NCBI GenBank assembly: GCA_965285935.1
Contig: OZ260667.1
Span: 17,298,001 to 17,362,000 of the forward strand
Reading direction: 5' to 3'
Length of the DNA: 64,000 bases
From: Ophelia neglecta
Taxonomy: Eukaryota
Part shown: positions 14,001 through 28,800 of the stretch, one piece after another
How the letters are laid out: the number at the start of each line of letters is the position of its first letter
How positions within the stretch are numbered: position 1 is the first letter of the stretch
The notes under the pieces: model-generated
Seen by the model: only the letters and a program-made list of their open reading frames with translations
Databases searched by the model: none
What the model was told of the DNA's origin: nothing
Program-made: the position numbers and the translations under genes

Positions 14001-17000
14001 ATTTCTACATATATATAGTAATGCATCATATATATAGGTATCATGCAGGAAGGATTTTAGACTATAGTACTCACATGGAGACTGAAAATCTAGTAGCTAC
14101 AAGGTTTTATTGACAGCACAGCGATGGTCTAAGTGTGTGATATGTGATGCATGAGTTGATCAAAATGGAAAGTGGAGGCTATCAAATACCTCACAGGCAT
14201 TAATTGGTGTTAAATGAGGCATAAAACACTAAAATTGGTATATTGCTATAATAAAACACAACACTGATTTATTTAAAATTAAAATCTGTAACCTAACACC
14301 ACTGGCACATTTGTCAATCAAGAGCATTTTGATTTCCTCATTGATAGGGTATGGCCAATATATATATATATATTTATATATTTGTTGGACAAGATATGGG
14401 GGATATATATTTATATATTTGTTCCAGTATCATCAGTTTTTTTTTAACATTGTGCAATTCAAGAAATGTTAGGAGAGATTCCCATAGTTTCGTCCTGAAT
14501 AATCATGATAATTTATTAGCTATCCTGCACAACAGTTTGACAGTTGGACGCCAGAGGAAGGTAGTTGGCTGACCTGCTGCCAGGTCAACCAGAACCAGTA
14601 ATATTATAGTAGCAACTTATACATTGATTTAGATCTTGAACTAAATAGTGTAAAAATAGTTAACATATTTTTTCTTATTTACCCTATTTTTTTTACAGCT
14701 ATTAATGACTTTAAGTTGTTATTGATTGGTAAATGCTGGAGTTTTTACCTGTAACTTATGGATGTTGTAAGTGAACATATTGTTTAATGTACAAGATGTT
14801 TATTGGAGAGCTGAATGTCAAACTTGCCATCAAGGAATGCTGGAATAAATACCCACTAAAACAAGCAGTGTGTACCAGGATGGTCAGGTGATGTGCTAGT
14901 CACAGACACATAAAGAACTGCCAGAAGCTTTTTATTCCTAGAAATATCAGTGAGATGCTAAGCTCATAAATACCATTTACTCTCTGCCTTGTCAGCATCA
15001 AGGTTGTATCATATTAACATGAAATGTAAAAGTACTATAATACATGTTCAGCATCACTTCCATCCTCTATTTTAACATTGGTATGCCTCCCAATGGAGAG
15101 ATATCTGTCATGTCACTGAGGGCTAAATGTATCATTGTCAGTCAATGTTAGTGTTGTATTGATGTGTTCAATGAACATATTTTACATAAAACCAGGTGAT
15201 CTAAACCTGTACAGTTTGCTTTGTCTGAAGCTATTTCTAACTCTACCTGGTAGATGTTTTAATCATTGAGATACCTATATGTAAATTTATCTTGCTTCCC
15301 CTTGACATAATCCTTTGGACTTATATTAGTTCAGAGGAAAATGATTTCCCTGTGCGTGATATAAGTGTTAATAAGAACATCTGATGACTGTCAAGCACTT
15401 AACCACTACAATAGCAATGTTAGTAAGCCCAACTGTTGGCAAAGCAGGAAAACTTGTGTTACTGTCTCATTATCAATATGTTCCTTACATTACAAATATA
15501 AATAGCAAGTGTCTGTGTACAAGCAGATATTATGTTCTCCAAGTTTTCTTTGCAATTTACAAGACTGATGCTACAATTAAAAAGTAGATTGAAAAGAACA
15601 CTGGTTCAATTGAGAAAAAATAAGTGACATCTTTGTAATTTAATGCTCTGTCAGTTTCACAGATGGGACTCCACTCTTCCTGGCCTATTTCTCAGCCCAA
15701 TACCTATTCTGTCTTCCCATGCTGCGCATGAATGTGAATGTTGGTTCTTGAGCTTAATAATAATAGAATTTTCCTAGATTCACTATCAATCAAAGCCCAA
15801 TGCCCAATCAATTTGTCTAATTGATGATGATCTTAAGCTTTTATCAGGAGTAAATCACTAAGCCTATTACCCGGCTTGTTAATCAGTTTGCTATCTATGA
15901 CTATGTCCTTCAGCAGCCCACTAACAATGAGACCAGTATAAACATTGTATTCCTGGAAATTGCTTTGATTAAGTTAGAACATATTGTCCCCATATGGTCC
16001 ATAAAGTTTGAACATGGCAGCATTGTGGCTGTGTGTATTTGCATGTAATCGAAGCAGTGGTTGGCTGTAAGACTCGAGTTTCTCATAACCCTTGACTAGC
16101 CAACTAGTAGTTTGTTGGTCAAATATTATTCTGTCTCCTGGGAACTGTTATGAGCCAAACCAGCAGACAGTCAGCAACCGTACAAACATCATATTGTTTG
16201 ATAGGATTTACATGAAATTGGGTTTGACTGGGGTTGTAAGATTTTTCTCATTTTCTCAGTACAAATGGGAATGTGAGCATAACATTTCATTGCCTATGTC
16301 ATTTACATTGTCATAGGTCACCATCCCATGGCATTTTCTTATTCACGAACATCGATTGGGGGGTTCAATCCGGGCTGTCCACTTGCGTGCTTGGGCAGCT
16401 CATGTCATTTGTCTACCTCCCTGAGCAGGATGATAACAATATTTTATCAGCACTCCTGTGATTTGTGATCCCCAGTATGATCACCCTCTTATGTGATAAA
16501 ACGACTCATCAAATATTGATAGACAACCTCATCCTTGCCATAGAAAATTAATGTAACCCAAATGGAGGGATATGGCCTGTATAGCTCAGTTTGGTGGTCC
16601 TAATGACTCTCTGCACTCCTCTATTTTCCACAATAAATGTTGTGGTCCACTGTTATAATGGCCATGCTGGTTGTCTGGATCTGAGTGGTTTGCCATATCA
16701 TTGTCATGCACTTAATATGATATGGATTATGCGATACATCATTACCATGCTTTTGATCACCAGTACCCACTCCGCTTCCGTCCCTTAATGCACCACATTG
16801 GAAAGTTTACCTGGTTCATTGTCGCTTAAAGTGGGATCAGCTCTTTTGAAAGCTGTCAAACATACATAATTATATGTATATACACTCTGGAATGACTAAA
16901 CTAGGTTTGATTGTTCCCGATACACTGCATATATTAAACTAATATCCATTAGTAACTCTCCATTTTGAAAGAGAATACTCTAGTAAATCATTGGTTATAC

Positions 17001-19173
17001 ATGTTCATAGTAACATTATATATTTTCAGTGATGCAGCCAGCATAATAACATTTGGGTAAATTTGAACAATTTTCTTCTGCATTTGAGAAAACATATACG
17101 ACTTGCTACTGACTTTCAGTTAGTGTGTAACGTACTACTGTTCAGTGGTGGAAAGAAGGGGTTGTTGGAGTGTTTATTATGAAACATGCATGGGGGGGGG
17201 GGGAGGGGGCGACAATTTAGTTACTCCTCCTAGTGCAGTCCAAACTTAATGACTACCATGCTATAAAAAGTGCAGCAGAAATTAAGCTTACAAAAAAGGA
17301 GCACAAATTGAAAAATGTTTCAGTGGTGGTTTAAACATTCCTGACAAGATCGCCAAGGGGTGCATTGTGAAGAGGGCATATAGTAAAGCACATCACAAAA
17401 ACTATCTATGAAAAAAGAGTGTTCTCCATAAAATAAAGAGCATACTCGATAAAAAAGCAAGCACCATGAAATGTAGAGGTTCATAAAGGGAAAAATGTGT
17501 TCATGGGCTCAAGATACATGGTTAGTTTTTTTAACATAAATAGGGTGTTTATCATAATAAATATAGGTGCGGTTTTTAATTTACTATCAATGTTTGAGAT
17601 TGATTTCTGAGATGCTGCTTGCAGTTGGCCAGAAACATTCTCCCTGCTGCTGCTGACCTTATACAACCTTATAAGCACAGAAGCACAATGTATCTGTGCA
17701 CAAAGCCATAGAGTATGTGTTTGTATGGGTTAAAAATTGAAAGATTGAAAAATGTCCCTGCCACAAGGATGATACATGCCTGTTTATTGGAACTGCACAG
17801 TTTGTTCTGGGGAAACAGAATCCACTGCTTCCCTCTCCCTGGTCAGGCTTGGGAATCTGTTACTTAATGTGGCAACTAATATATCAGAGACACAGTATGC
17901 GACCATTGCCTGATAACCTAATAAGTGGCTTCATAACCAGGGGAGTTGTAAGGCAGAACAACAGGAAAGGGTGTTTAGAGTCTGCCATGGGCAGCAGCAA
18001 AAATGAACCAATAGAGTATGGCCTAGACTTCGGTCTGCCATTTCCTAACAATATGGATCCTGGATGCCAGGAATACCTTCAAAAAACACTCCCCAAGCCC
18101 CTCTTCATGCCACCTCTGTGTGCAGTCCTCTGATTATCCACAGCAAACACTAAAGATTTGCTGTACGTGTAGTTAATCATCTTGTCAACTAAAAAACACA
18201 CCCTGATTATGTAGCACACTATTGCCTAGAAATATGCCAATGAGGAAAGCAGATTACTTTGTTGAGCTCTACAATAATAAGCCTCATAATTGTGTTGTGA
18301 ATTATGAGTCGAAAGATTGTGCATTACATGTAAAATATGCATTTACTTTGTTTCTTTGTTTCCCAACAGAATATTGTTAGTCTTACACATATATTTGCAT
18401 TTATGAACCATACATGAGCAAAAAACTCACATTGCACAGTTTAATATCAGAACATGCTGTAGGGGAATGTGTCCAATGGTGGTCAATGCCCGCTGCTCAT
18501 GCTGGTAAGGTGGTGATGTCCCAGTTCCATAAGTCACCTGAGATGGCATGTCCACTGGTGAGAGAGCCTTTATTGCTCGTTAGATGAAGTTACCTGTGTA
18601 GTACATTATTCTGAATGAGTGGGGTCTGCCAGTAAATGTTAATGTCTCAGTGATGAAAAGTCAGCCCTCTACAAGGTGTTGCTCCCGGCAATACTGCTAT
18701 TATAAAGACTCGATTACATGTATCTTAAATTTACCTTATTTGCTAAACTTACATCATCAGACTCAATTCCTGAGAAATTTGTGGTAACAGAAGTGCTTGT
18801 AAGAAGGTAGACTGAGCTGTTAGAGATATTATTATCTTGTCTCATTAGTTCATGATGGTTAAAGTAAAAAAGAGAAATTTTATGCCACTAGTGCCAAGGT
18901 TTCATGATTATTCCTTTCCCTAATGTATTTTCAGTTTAATGTTTTAGCCAAGAAGTTTCACAGTAAGCTGGCGCTTCCGATGGTGCTTCTGCTGTTAGTA
19001 AGCAGTGTGTTTGTAAATAACCTGATATATGTGAAAGCACTCAACTATCATGGACAATATCATACAGTTAACTGGTGGTGTTGATTAAGTTTCTATTGCG
19101 CTAAGAAAAAAACGCAGAAACAACTGCATATTTCTAGTAGTTATAGTTAGCTGGGTCTCTGGCTGGGCGTCAG

Positions 19174-19177
<4 letters not shown>

Positions 19178-19213
<36 letters not shown>
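19178..19213. repeat. (AT)n microsatellite
   Basis: Uninterrupted TA dinucleotide run of about 17 units. Confidence 0.95.
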
Positions 19214-19214
<1 letters not shown>

Positions 19215-22200
19215 CTGGTATAAGATATAATGATTCTATAAGTGTAACCTCCTTTTTTATCTCTCACTCTCGCTCTCTCTGTCTGTTTCTCTCCCATCTT
19301 TCATTATAGCTTTTGAATTGGGGCTTGGTTTGCTGGATATTAATTTGCCATGTGTAATTTTGCTTCACACAAAATAGGTGGATTAAATTCCTTGTAAATA
19401 TTTCTTGTTTTACTGCAAATAGCATTTGTATCATTCTTGGTAACTATCTCTGAAGGATTTATGTTGGGTCAGCAGAGCAGGTAGCCTGTCTAGTGAACTC
19501 AGAGGATGAAAATTCCCTACATCTTTGACATATGATTTGAGAAGATTTCAGCCACCCACCCCTCATGCTGTGACTCACCTCCAGTCAGCTCCTGGATTTC
19601 ACACCAGCCAATAACTCTCACACCCTACAATTATTTCAAAGTTTCTTACTATTTGCAGTTACCTATCAGGGGTGGAATGCCTTGCCTGAAGGCTTGGTAC
19701 ATGTATATTAATATAGGTAGTAGTACATGTATGTAAATTGGTAATATCCTTTGACCTTGGAAAATAATGTTGGTAGATTAGTTGTATGTTAATCTGTCCA
19801 CACCATGGATGTGTGGACAGATTGCCTAGTAAGTAACAGGGATGAAATATTTATTTATTTTTACTTAGTGGTAAGATAAGTGATGAATATTTTCAGAAAT
19901 ACGCATTCTGAGTTCGCATCAACCTGAGTGTGTTATTATCACTCCTATTTGAAATGCCAGAAAATGTTTATGGGCAGCATTATTAACTAGATTCCAGTTT
20001 TCCTTTAAATACCATACCATAAAACATTCATATTAATGAAATATTAATGAGCAGAGAGTATGCAAACCAATAGAAAATGCACAAATACAATAAAACCAAA
20101 AGAATACCATTATGTAGCATTGTTTTTTTTTCATATTTTATGGGTGTATACATTATATGTTGGCACAATGCTTAGAATTTCAATAGCAAAGTGATAATGC
20201 ACTGTTGTGAACATTACCAGGTAAGGGCACCAGTTTGTACTTTAAAGTGTGCAGCAAATGTGCATCTGCCTCCCACACAATTACTATTGTACATGTATTC
20301 TAGGTTTATGCTCATTTTAACTATATTCATAGAATAATATATTAGCTTGAGACAGGCATATACTGCAGTTGATCCTGATTTGTTATGATGTACATGACTA
20401 AGCAGATATTACAGCATGGGTTGGACAAACAGGCCAAAATTGTCATTAAGTATAAATATTTAGTTCCCACTTTGACTCACTTCTGGTGTATCTTGGCACA
20501 TAAGCATCCTAGAGCACTGTGGTTTAGTGTGAACTATCTAAAATTATTGTAGTTACTGTGAGGGATAAAAATGAGGCAAAGGCGAGTTTTTTATGTGGAT
20601 GGGTAAAAATGAACCTAAAGTCTTAACAGATCTGGAGGAGTTGGAAATGACATTGCAAACAACAATGTATTATTGCTCATATATATCCAGTGTTGAGGAT
20701 GAAATGCTTATTGGCATATTCATAATACATGCAAATTATATACCCTATGATGCCACAACTGTACAGTAATGACAATGCTCAATTACTGTATAATAAAGAC
20801 ACAACAAGGTCATTTTTTTAAGATTCTCATGAAAATGCAAATCATATTTACCAAATGTTTTGGGCAGCTGAGGAACATAATCCAGAGCTGAAAGATTACG
20901 ATTAATAAACCACTCATTGGTTGGTTGATGTCAACATATCAATTGTGATTTTTCAACTTAATGCCAACATCACAGCTTCATCATTATTGCAGCATTGTTT
21001 TTTAGATTTTTGCTGGTGATTGATGTATTTTTTTAAGAACATATCCAAAGTGAAGGAGTTGCAGACGTGTTATGCTTGCTTGGTCAATGCATGCCTTGTC
21101 AAATGTAATGAAGTTTATTTGCAGCAAAGGGTTGCCCTTTCTGAAAGCATGGCTATATTCTTTGAACAAATAGAGAAAAAATTACTAGTTTTGTAAGGTG
21201 CCAAAGCTGAGGCTCAACACATTTAGTCTTGCCCAGACTCATTAGCCCCTTTGACATATGTTAAATTACTGTCAGGTCACTCATGGAATGGTCCAAGTGT
21301 ATATGTCAAAGACAGAGCAACCAGACTTTCAGCATAGGGTATTCTGCCCAACTATTAACTAGTTGAACATAAAAAAGGGGGAACATTTCTTAAGCTTATA
21401 AACAATTGATGTAGAGTATTTGTGATCTGATTTATTATCAATTCATTATACCAGTTTAGAACCTTTGAATGCAGTGTCATTGAGTAACTTGGTTCTTTGT
21501 TCCTGAACAGTGCCGTGACATGTGCATGTTCCACAGAGATACTAGGAATCTCTCTGATGAATGGGTGAAGATGTCATTCTAATCATGTTTACTTGGTTCC
21601 GCCATGCAAGTTGATAGATTATATGAACTATTTGACCGGCAATTATGTGGCCACAGGATCAATTAGGGATCAATTGTAAGTAGATCAGCTCTGCTTTGCA
21701 TGAAACCAGTGTTGTAAAGGGGGGGGGGGATTCAATTAGTTTATTGTCTCACATGTACGTGTGTTCTTGTGAAGATAGCTGAAGTCAATATTAAAGAATG
21801 CCCTATTATTTGAGGTAAAAGATTTATTTCATAGATAATTAAAAAAGAAGATTACGGGAATTGTATACACCTATTGCAAGGCCCTGGAGATTTTTTTCCC
21901 TGATTGTTAGGTTTCTGGTGACCATATCTGTTTTTGACTTTACACAAGTGTAGCTCAAGAGAAGCTGTTAGGATTTTTGACACAGATTTTTGACACAGAT
22001 GAAGTAAGCGATCTGTCTTCCAGCTCGTCTGGAAAACTTAGCTCATGCAATAGAATTTTATTGGCAATTAAATTTAACCAATAAAAGACCTGTCACTGAA
22101 TTAAGATGAATGTAGCACATGATACTGACATGAGAGGAAGCATTTTTTTTTCTCAGGAGTATGTGAACATAATTTAAGGATATTTATTTTTAAATACCAT

Positions 22201-22607
22201 TTTCATATTTAACTTCATTTACAAGTATTCAATGTAGGTCACTTGGTATTTAAAATACACCTGATCAGTAAAACAAAATGACCACCACATCCATCTATTC
22301 AGTCAATTTGTCCTGTATACTGTTTTAAGCACTGAAGTCATTTGCTTATCTCTTAATAATTAATATACATAATCCCAATGTGACATATGATACTCGTATG
22401 AAAAAGAAACAAAACTATCACCACCAAAATCAGTTAATTTGGCGGGGCCAAATATGTGGACTGCCAGTCTCGTGAAGCATTGAATCCAGTTCATTGGGAG
22501 AATGTGGTGTTACAGTTTGTCAGTGAGTTTCTGGTATGAATGTGTTAATCAGTTTTGGGAGTTAAAAAGGTTGTTGACTCTTACCATGGAAAAGTTTCCA
22601 CCTAACG

Positions 22608-22850
22608 CAGGCCCATAGCCGAGACTTCGATTGAGAAATTTGAATTTTTTTATGTGAGAAGGCAGGCCAAGGTGGTCGGGGCATGCACCCCAAGATTTTG
22701 TTTTTGTTTTTAGCGAGGTAAAAAGTAATTTCGAACAAATTGACACTGTATTTATGCACAAAACAGTACTGAAATTCTGGACGTTTTAGAAAAGTTGTAT
22801 GTAAGGTAGGATTCCTTCTTCTATCTAACCCCCTCCCTCCAGTTGTAATG
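22608..22850. mobile_element. Remnant of a non-autonomous DNA-transposon-like interspersed repeat
   Basis: Begins caggcccatagcc and contains ggtcggggcatgcaccccaagattttg, resembling the GGGGTCCGGGGGCATGCTCCCCC...ATTTT core recalled from invertebrate MITEs. Locally CpG-retaining. Right boundary uncertain. Confidence 0.4.
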
Positions 22851-25800
22851 TGCAAGAAATGCAAGGTCGACCCATTCACCTTCTCATTTCAGAAATCTCA
22901 TACATGTAAATATCTTCCTTGCCTTCACCTTTACCATTCCATGCAATGTCCATTATTTTTGTTATCTGCGGTGTGACCCTCGTTGATGCTCGTGTCCATT
23001 TAGTAAGAAAACAGATGCCCTGCCCCTCTACATACACCTTACCAAATTGCTCTCTTGATCCTAATAGCAACCAGGGATGATGTGACAACTGGCCATGGTG
23101 ATGTCCTGTGTGAGACTAGAGCACAGGAGATACATGCTGCAATCTTCCTAGTACTGGGCAGGGAGGAACTGTTACACTTAAGATTGTAGATTCAACTACA
23201 TAATCTCATTTGTGCTTGTGAAAGCTCCAGCAAATGAAATATGTGGTTGTTAGAAAAATGGGACCCAGCAGACAGTTAGCTTATTGTTAGGGTTAGACAA
23301 TTTGTAAGATTTTCTTCACAAAATAATGGTTAAGGATCGGTTGTGAAAAGCCAACAGACAATTGACTTGCGTCAAAAATTGTAATTGATTATTATGTTTT
23401 GGTGCCTTTGTTCTCATTCTTTTATTTATCATATTAAACATTGTAAAACCCTTTTGACTCTATATTTTCTGTCAACATTTAATATGATAGAATATATATT
23501 ATGAATACATTCAACATATATTTTTTTGTCATCCATTATTAGTTATATTTTGTCAGTTGCAATATGTTCAACTAGATTCAAGCACTGATCGTCAAAATAA
23601 ATTTGCATATTTAAATTTTGGCCTTGTCCATCAATAATATCATGCACATTTTGATATATATATTTTTTTGTGTGTGTGTACAGTTTATCTGACTGACATG
23701 TAATTGGATGGCATTAGGATTTGAAACAAACTTATATAAATCTTACATTTACATTTATGGTGTGTGCAATCCTGACCCTCCTTTGCTTTGAGTTAGTTGT
23801 ATTAAAGATGTGCTGTACTGTCATGACATGTACATGGCTAGGCAGCGCCTTTCCATTATTCATGCAATACGGATAGGATCAAGTGAGGTGTTTTTTGTTT
23901 GATTTTAGTAGATTTTATCCACAGACTCAGCCTGCCAATCTTTTTAATGTGAAGTTGTCCTTGTAGTGGCCTGAAGATTACCAATACCATTATCCTTAAA
24001 ACTTAGGATGTATTGACAAAAGTCTCTTTGACAGCCATGCAATAATTGTGGCAGAAATCATCCACAGAATACTTGACTGAAGCGGTTTCCTCAATTGCCT
24101 GTCAAGTCTGAAATGATGTAGTAATTCTCCTTGATATTTTCTGTTTTGTCCGACTGTTTCTAGAGAGGTGAGCCTCGAAAGAAGTGCCACATATATAAAT
24201 TTAAAATTGTTCTCTCACCCATTGCTCTCGCCAGCTTTTGATGATACCGGTAGTCGTATCTCTTTCTCTTTTACATGTAATGTTCTCTGGGTTTTTTAGA
24301 CTTGTATCATGCAGTCCATGTAACTCTATGTATGATTACAGCAGTTTGGTTTGTTGGGTTTACCAGGCACTGTGCCTAAGTCAAATTGCAACAAGCTTGA
24401 TGACAGATCTACTGTCATTCCTCAAATACCCCCCAAAAAAATGTATGTAGGTCAGACTACTCTAGGAAAGAAGCTTCTGACATGAGGAATGTCATGCCTA
24501 GAACTGCAGCCCAATTAGATCAGCGCCACAAGAATTCTTCATTGAAATTGAAAGCTTCCCCCTCTCCTCATGACAGTTCTCACTGCATGGCTCAAGGCTT
24601 CTTAGTGTAATCGAATCAATTTCACAACAAAAGATTTCACCCGTTGCAGCATTTTCAATTTTGGTAACTATCACTGTGCCTAGATGTTTACTGGAAAAAG
24701 CACAAATTGGTTCTGATTTTAGTTTTCATCATGATTCTTTAGCAAGAGTTCAAGCAACTGAATTAAATAGCCAGTATAACCACTGGTAGCTCCTTGCTAA
24801 CCCAAGTGTTTGTATATGACCTAGATGAAGGCCCATCAAATGGTAAATGCCATCTCTACTAAAGGTCTTTGGATAGTGTTTAGTGCTTTTAGAATAAAAT
24901 TTGTGTGGGGTGTTTATTATCATCCAATGCATGCAGGCACTGTAAGAAATTAATGGATACATTGTGCAGTTTAATGCATTTTGGTTGAAAGCTACCCCGG
25001 TGCTTGTACACTGCCCAATTGACACTACCAATTTCCTTCCTTCTAACAGACCCACTCTAAATTAGCTTTCCTGGAAGGCAGGTGCTTTCATTGTGATTCT
25101 TTTACTTATCGGCCCTAAATTTTTGTTGTTGAGGTAAACTACAAAACCATGATTGCTCCTTTTCTCAGGAGATTTCTGCTCATACAAAGCATTGTTTATG
25201 TATCTATATTGCTGTTTAAATCAAAGTTAGAAAATGCCAATAGATGAAGTCAGTATGAAATTGCATATTTAGGAAAAAAAACTTACTGGTATATTGGATT
25301 AATGTGTATAGATTCTCTGTGACTTAAGGCATATGGCGTGAACACTATGATCCAAGCCATAGACATATTTATTGAACAAAAAATCTTTGGGATCTAATAC
25401 ATTTTGATTTTCCTCACCCTCCTCTTGGCCCAGATTGCCATCACCTCTATTGTCTTTCTAGCAAACATTTCAGTTGACTCTTCCATTTCCCTGGCCTGTT
25501 GATGATGTTTGGAAGGCTGCCGAGTCTTTTGTTTGCTACACAGTGGTGTATGCTGGTTGGAGATAAGCCAGCAGAAAGTCATTACCAGCCGCATGTACCA
25601 GCAGCTTGTGGTCAGTCTCCATGTTTGCCTTTCTTGTCCAAGGCATTCCATGCCAACTGGGCAGAACACAAACAGGTGGAAATAGTGATAATATCCTGAG
25701 TTTATGGTGAGCCTGAGGGCTGGCCTAAATGAGAGCTGGTCTAAATCGTGCTCAGATCAACAATGGAGACCATGATGAAAATATATTGGTCTGGGCCCAT

Positions 25801-28800
25801 GCTTCATTCTATGTTTGTTTATACTTATTTAAGAGTACCTCTGCTGGCTTCACCCATTGAAATCTGCAAATGAGCACTAGTATATCTGGTTGTGGCATGA
25901 AGAGTGGTTGTGGCCAGAAGAATCAGGTGTATTAGGGCCTATTAAGAAACAGTCATTTATGCTATGGCCTTTGGTCACATAGATTAAATGGATTAAAATA
26001 AAATTTGTGGAGTTAAAAAGGTCATACACTTCTGTTGCCATTTACTACACAGTAGACAAGAATGGTGTCATGGTGACGTCATAATTCCATAAAAGCTCCA
26101 GACATTTGTTCTCATTTTGGGCATACCTGGGTTGTTTGTACGAATGGTCTTTCTTTTTTCGTAAATACATCTTTGAACAGTTAAAGGCAACACTATTGTT
26201 GTATTGATAGTGCTGCTGCTAAATACTGCAAAGGAATTTTTTTGTTTAATGAAGATGAGTTCCTTATCTAGGTCATGCAATCATTCTAAATATTATTTTG
26301 CTTAGGAGCAATGTGTAACCCCCTGACTTTGGGATGAGGGGCAGTTTGATATTGTTCTGCTATGACTAAGATTTAAATCATCTTGGAATATAAACATACC
26401 TAGAACCACCTTTGTGTGCTCATAGGTGCATATCTGAGTTATAAAGTCCTTTTAGTTGCCATTCACTGCACAACAAATCTGTGGTGTCATATGATCGAGT
26501 CACACACATTATTGAGCACCCCCATAGAAACTGAGCCCTGAAAAACATATGAAGCTTCTTTTACTAAAAATAATTCTGACCAAATAAGGGGTTTGATCCT
26601 GGCGTGCAGCTGGCTCAAATTCATCCCTAAGTGCCTAAAATGGTTGTCCTTGTATTTCCTACCTGTATGTTCTGATGAATTTGAGCTCAAGAGAACTATA
26701 ATTGAGCCATTTGCTTAAAGAGGAAATTATCAAAGGATTTAGCCTCAGACACAAAGAGTCCAGTAGTCATTCTTATCCCAAGTTTTAAAAAAAAATAGCA
26801 GATTTTTTTTACCATTGGTGCAGCACTCACTTTGATGGGTTTTTAACATGCCTTTTACTGCGAAAAAATACAAATATACCTAGCAATGAATCACTTATAA
26901 ACTAGTATTTTAGTATTGGACAGGCACTGTTATTGTCCCATTGTCTCCTGTTATCCTTTTATATGTTTGTTTTGGTTAAAAAAAATGTACTAGTTACATC
27001 TCCTCTGTGAAGGCGTGAGCACTGGTTCCAATAGTTTTTGGATGACAAGATTCATTTCCTAACGGGGTACGTTTTTGGCAAACTCCCTCATGATTAGATA
27101 TACATGCATGGGTACAATGATTGTAGCACAAGGTCTAGGCCAAGGTCAGTAATCACCCCTGTAACACTGTGGCTGAGATCCTTCATTTCCCAAAAGTTTA
27201 AAAAATTGTCCAACCTTTGGCATTACAGGCAACATACGGAATTCTTCTTTTTAATAGTTGGGGGGCATGCAGTTTTATGGATGTATTTTTTCTCTCTTGT
27301 ATGCATACCCCTCCCCCTTTCCCTCTTTCTGTTCATTTTATTAAATGGTCACTGCCTGTATGTCTTTTCTTCAGTTTGTTTGCACTACTTTGCTCCTTCC
27401 CATCTCTGACCTGAGATAGAAGGTAACTTGCTCTCACTTGGCTAATCTTGGTATACATTTAGATGTACATGGCCCAAGCCATGGTCCAGATCTAGCACTC
27501 AGAGTCTGCTATAAAAAGGATATTGCTTCCAGACACAGTATATGTAAGCCAGATTACATTTCTGGCTTCTAGGCACAGAAACTGTTACATTTGGTTTGAG
27601 TTTCTATCATTGGTGCCTCTAAATCTTTGCTATCCCTTGCCAAATTTGTATTGACCTCTTTGCACAGTCAGGGAGGAAGATTCTTAATGTGAATTCTGGC
27701 CAAGTTCAGATTGTATTCATGCCAGAATCCTTTTCAGTAGCATGGGGTGTCTCATTGGGATGGCTCTAGGGGTTTATTTATGTTACTGGAAAAGTGACTG
27801 TCACCCCAGAGTTTTCATGTTCAGATTAAGTTCTTTTGAATGAGCTGAATGAAGAGGGGCATTTTGTGCACCTGCTAGCTCAGGGAGAGCAGTATTGGTG
27901 CATTGCATTGATCTACCCTCCAAGGTGACCTTGCTGGGAATGTGGTGATTTCATCATCAGTCCAGCCTTGTAATGTGACCATTCAATCAGAATGTGCCAG
28001 ACTTTATGCCAATCAATTACATGTACCTCTAAAAGTCCTTTCTCTAAATGTCTTGAAAGGAGTTTCTGGGGAAATTTCATTAGCACAGCATTAACTGTTT
28101 AGTGGTTTCAAATCGCACCTGAAAAGCAGACTGTATTCTTCAGTTTCAATTTGCACCCTTGAAATGGCAGTTTGATCTGAAAAAAAACAACCAGGTCTCT
28201 TAGCAGAACAGACTTCCCCAATCTCACTCATCAACTGCTGCTAGGCGATTGTTGCTCCATTTTTTGGTTCACAGAGAATTTCACTAATGATTGGTGGAAG
28301 CCTCTTTGCTGTTGCTACGAACAGCATATGCCCCTACTTAACTTTAGAGTAAAGGAACTGGAGCCAAGTAGACATTAGCAGACTCTGATTCACATATAGA
28401 TCCTGAGCAGACTATTAAACATGTATGCATGTGGTGGTGTCCACTGATCTATATTTGATTAGTAATACCAGACTTTTTAAATGTGTCAAACAGCTCAAAA
28501 GGCAACTTGTCTCTCAAACCTATCTTATGTTTGTTATCAAATGCCTACTTTGTACTCGGATCCCTCTGTTGATAAACTATTACCATAACAACATGTTAGA
28601 GAGTGCTGCTGATACTGAGGCACAGCCAGCCCAGGAAAGTTGCTTAGAAAGAAGAAGTCTGGACGTGTGGGTGGACTAATTCCTGCAGAATTTCTAGTCT
28701 TAGCAAATGCCAAATTCAATTTATGTTAAAATTCTTTACTATTGTGTTTATTTCATCATCTAGTAGTGAGAAATGTTTTTCATAAAGTGTGGCTTTAGGT

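Noticed and set aside
16575-16650. tRNA A-box-like TAGCTCAGTTTGGT (a similar one lies near 27874)
   Set aside because: No B-box or cloverleaf follows, so a tRNA or SINE head is not supported.
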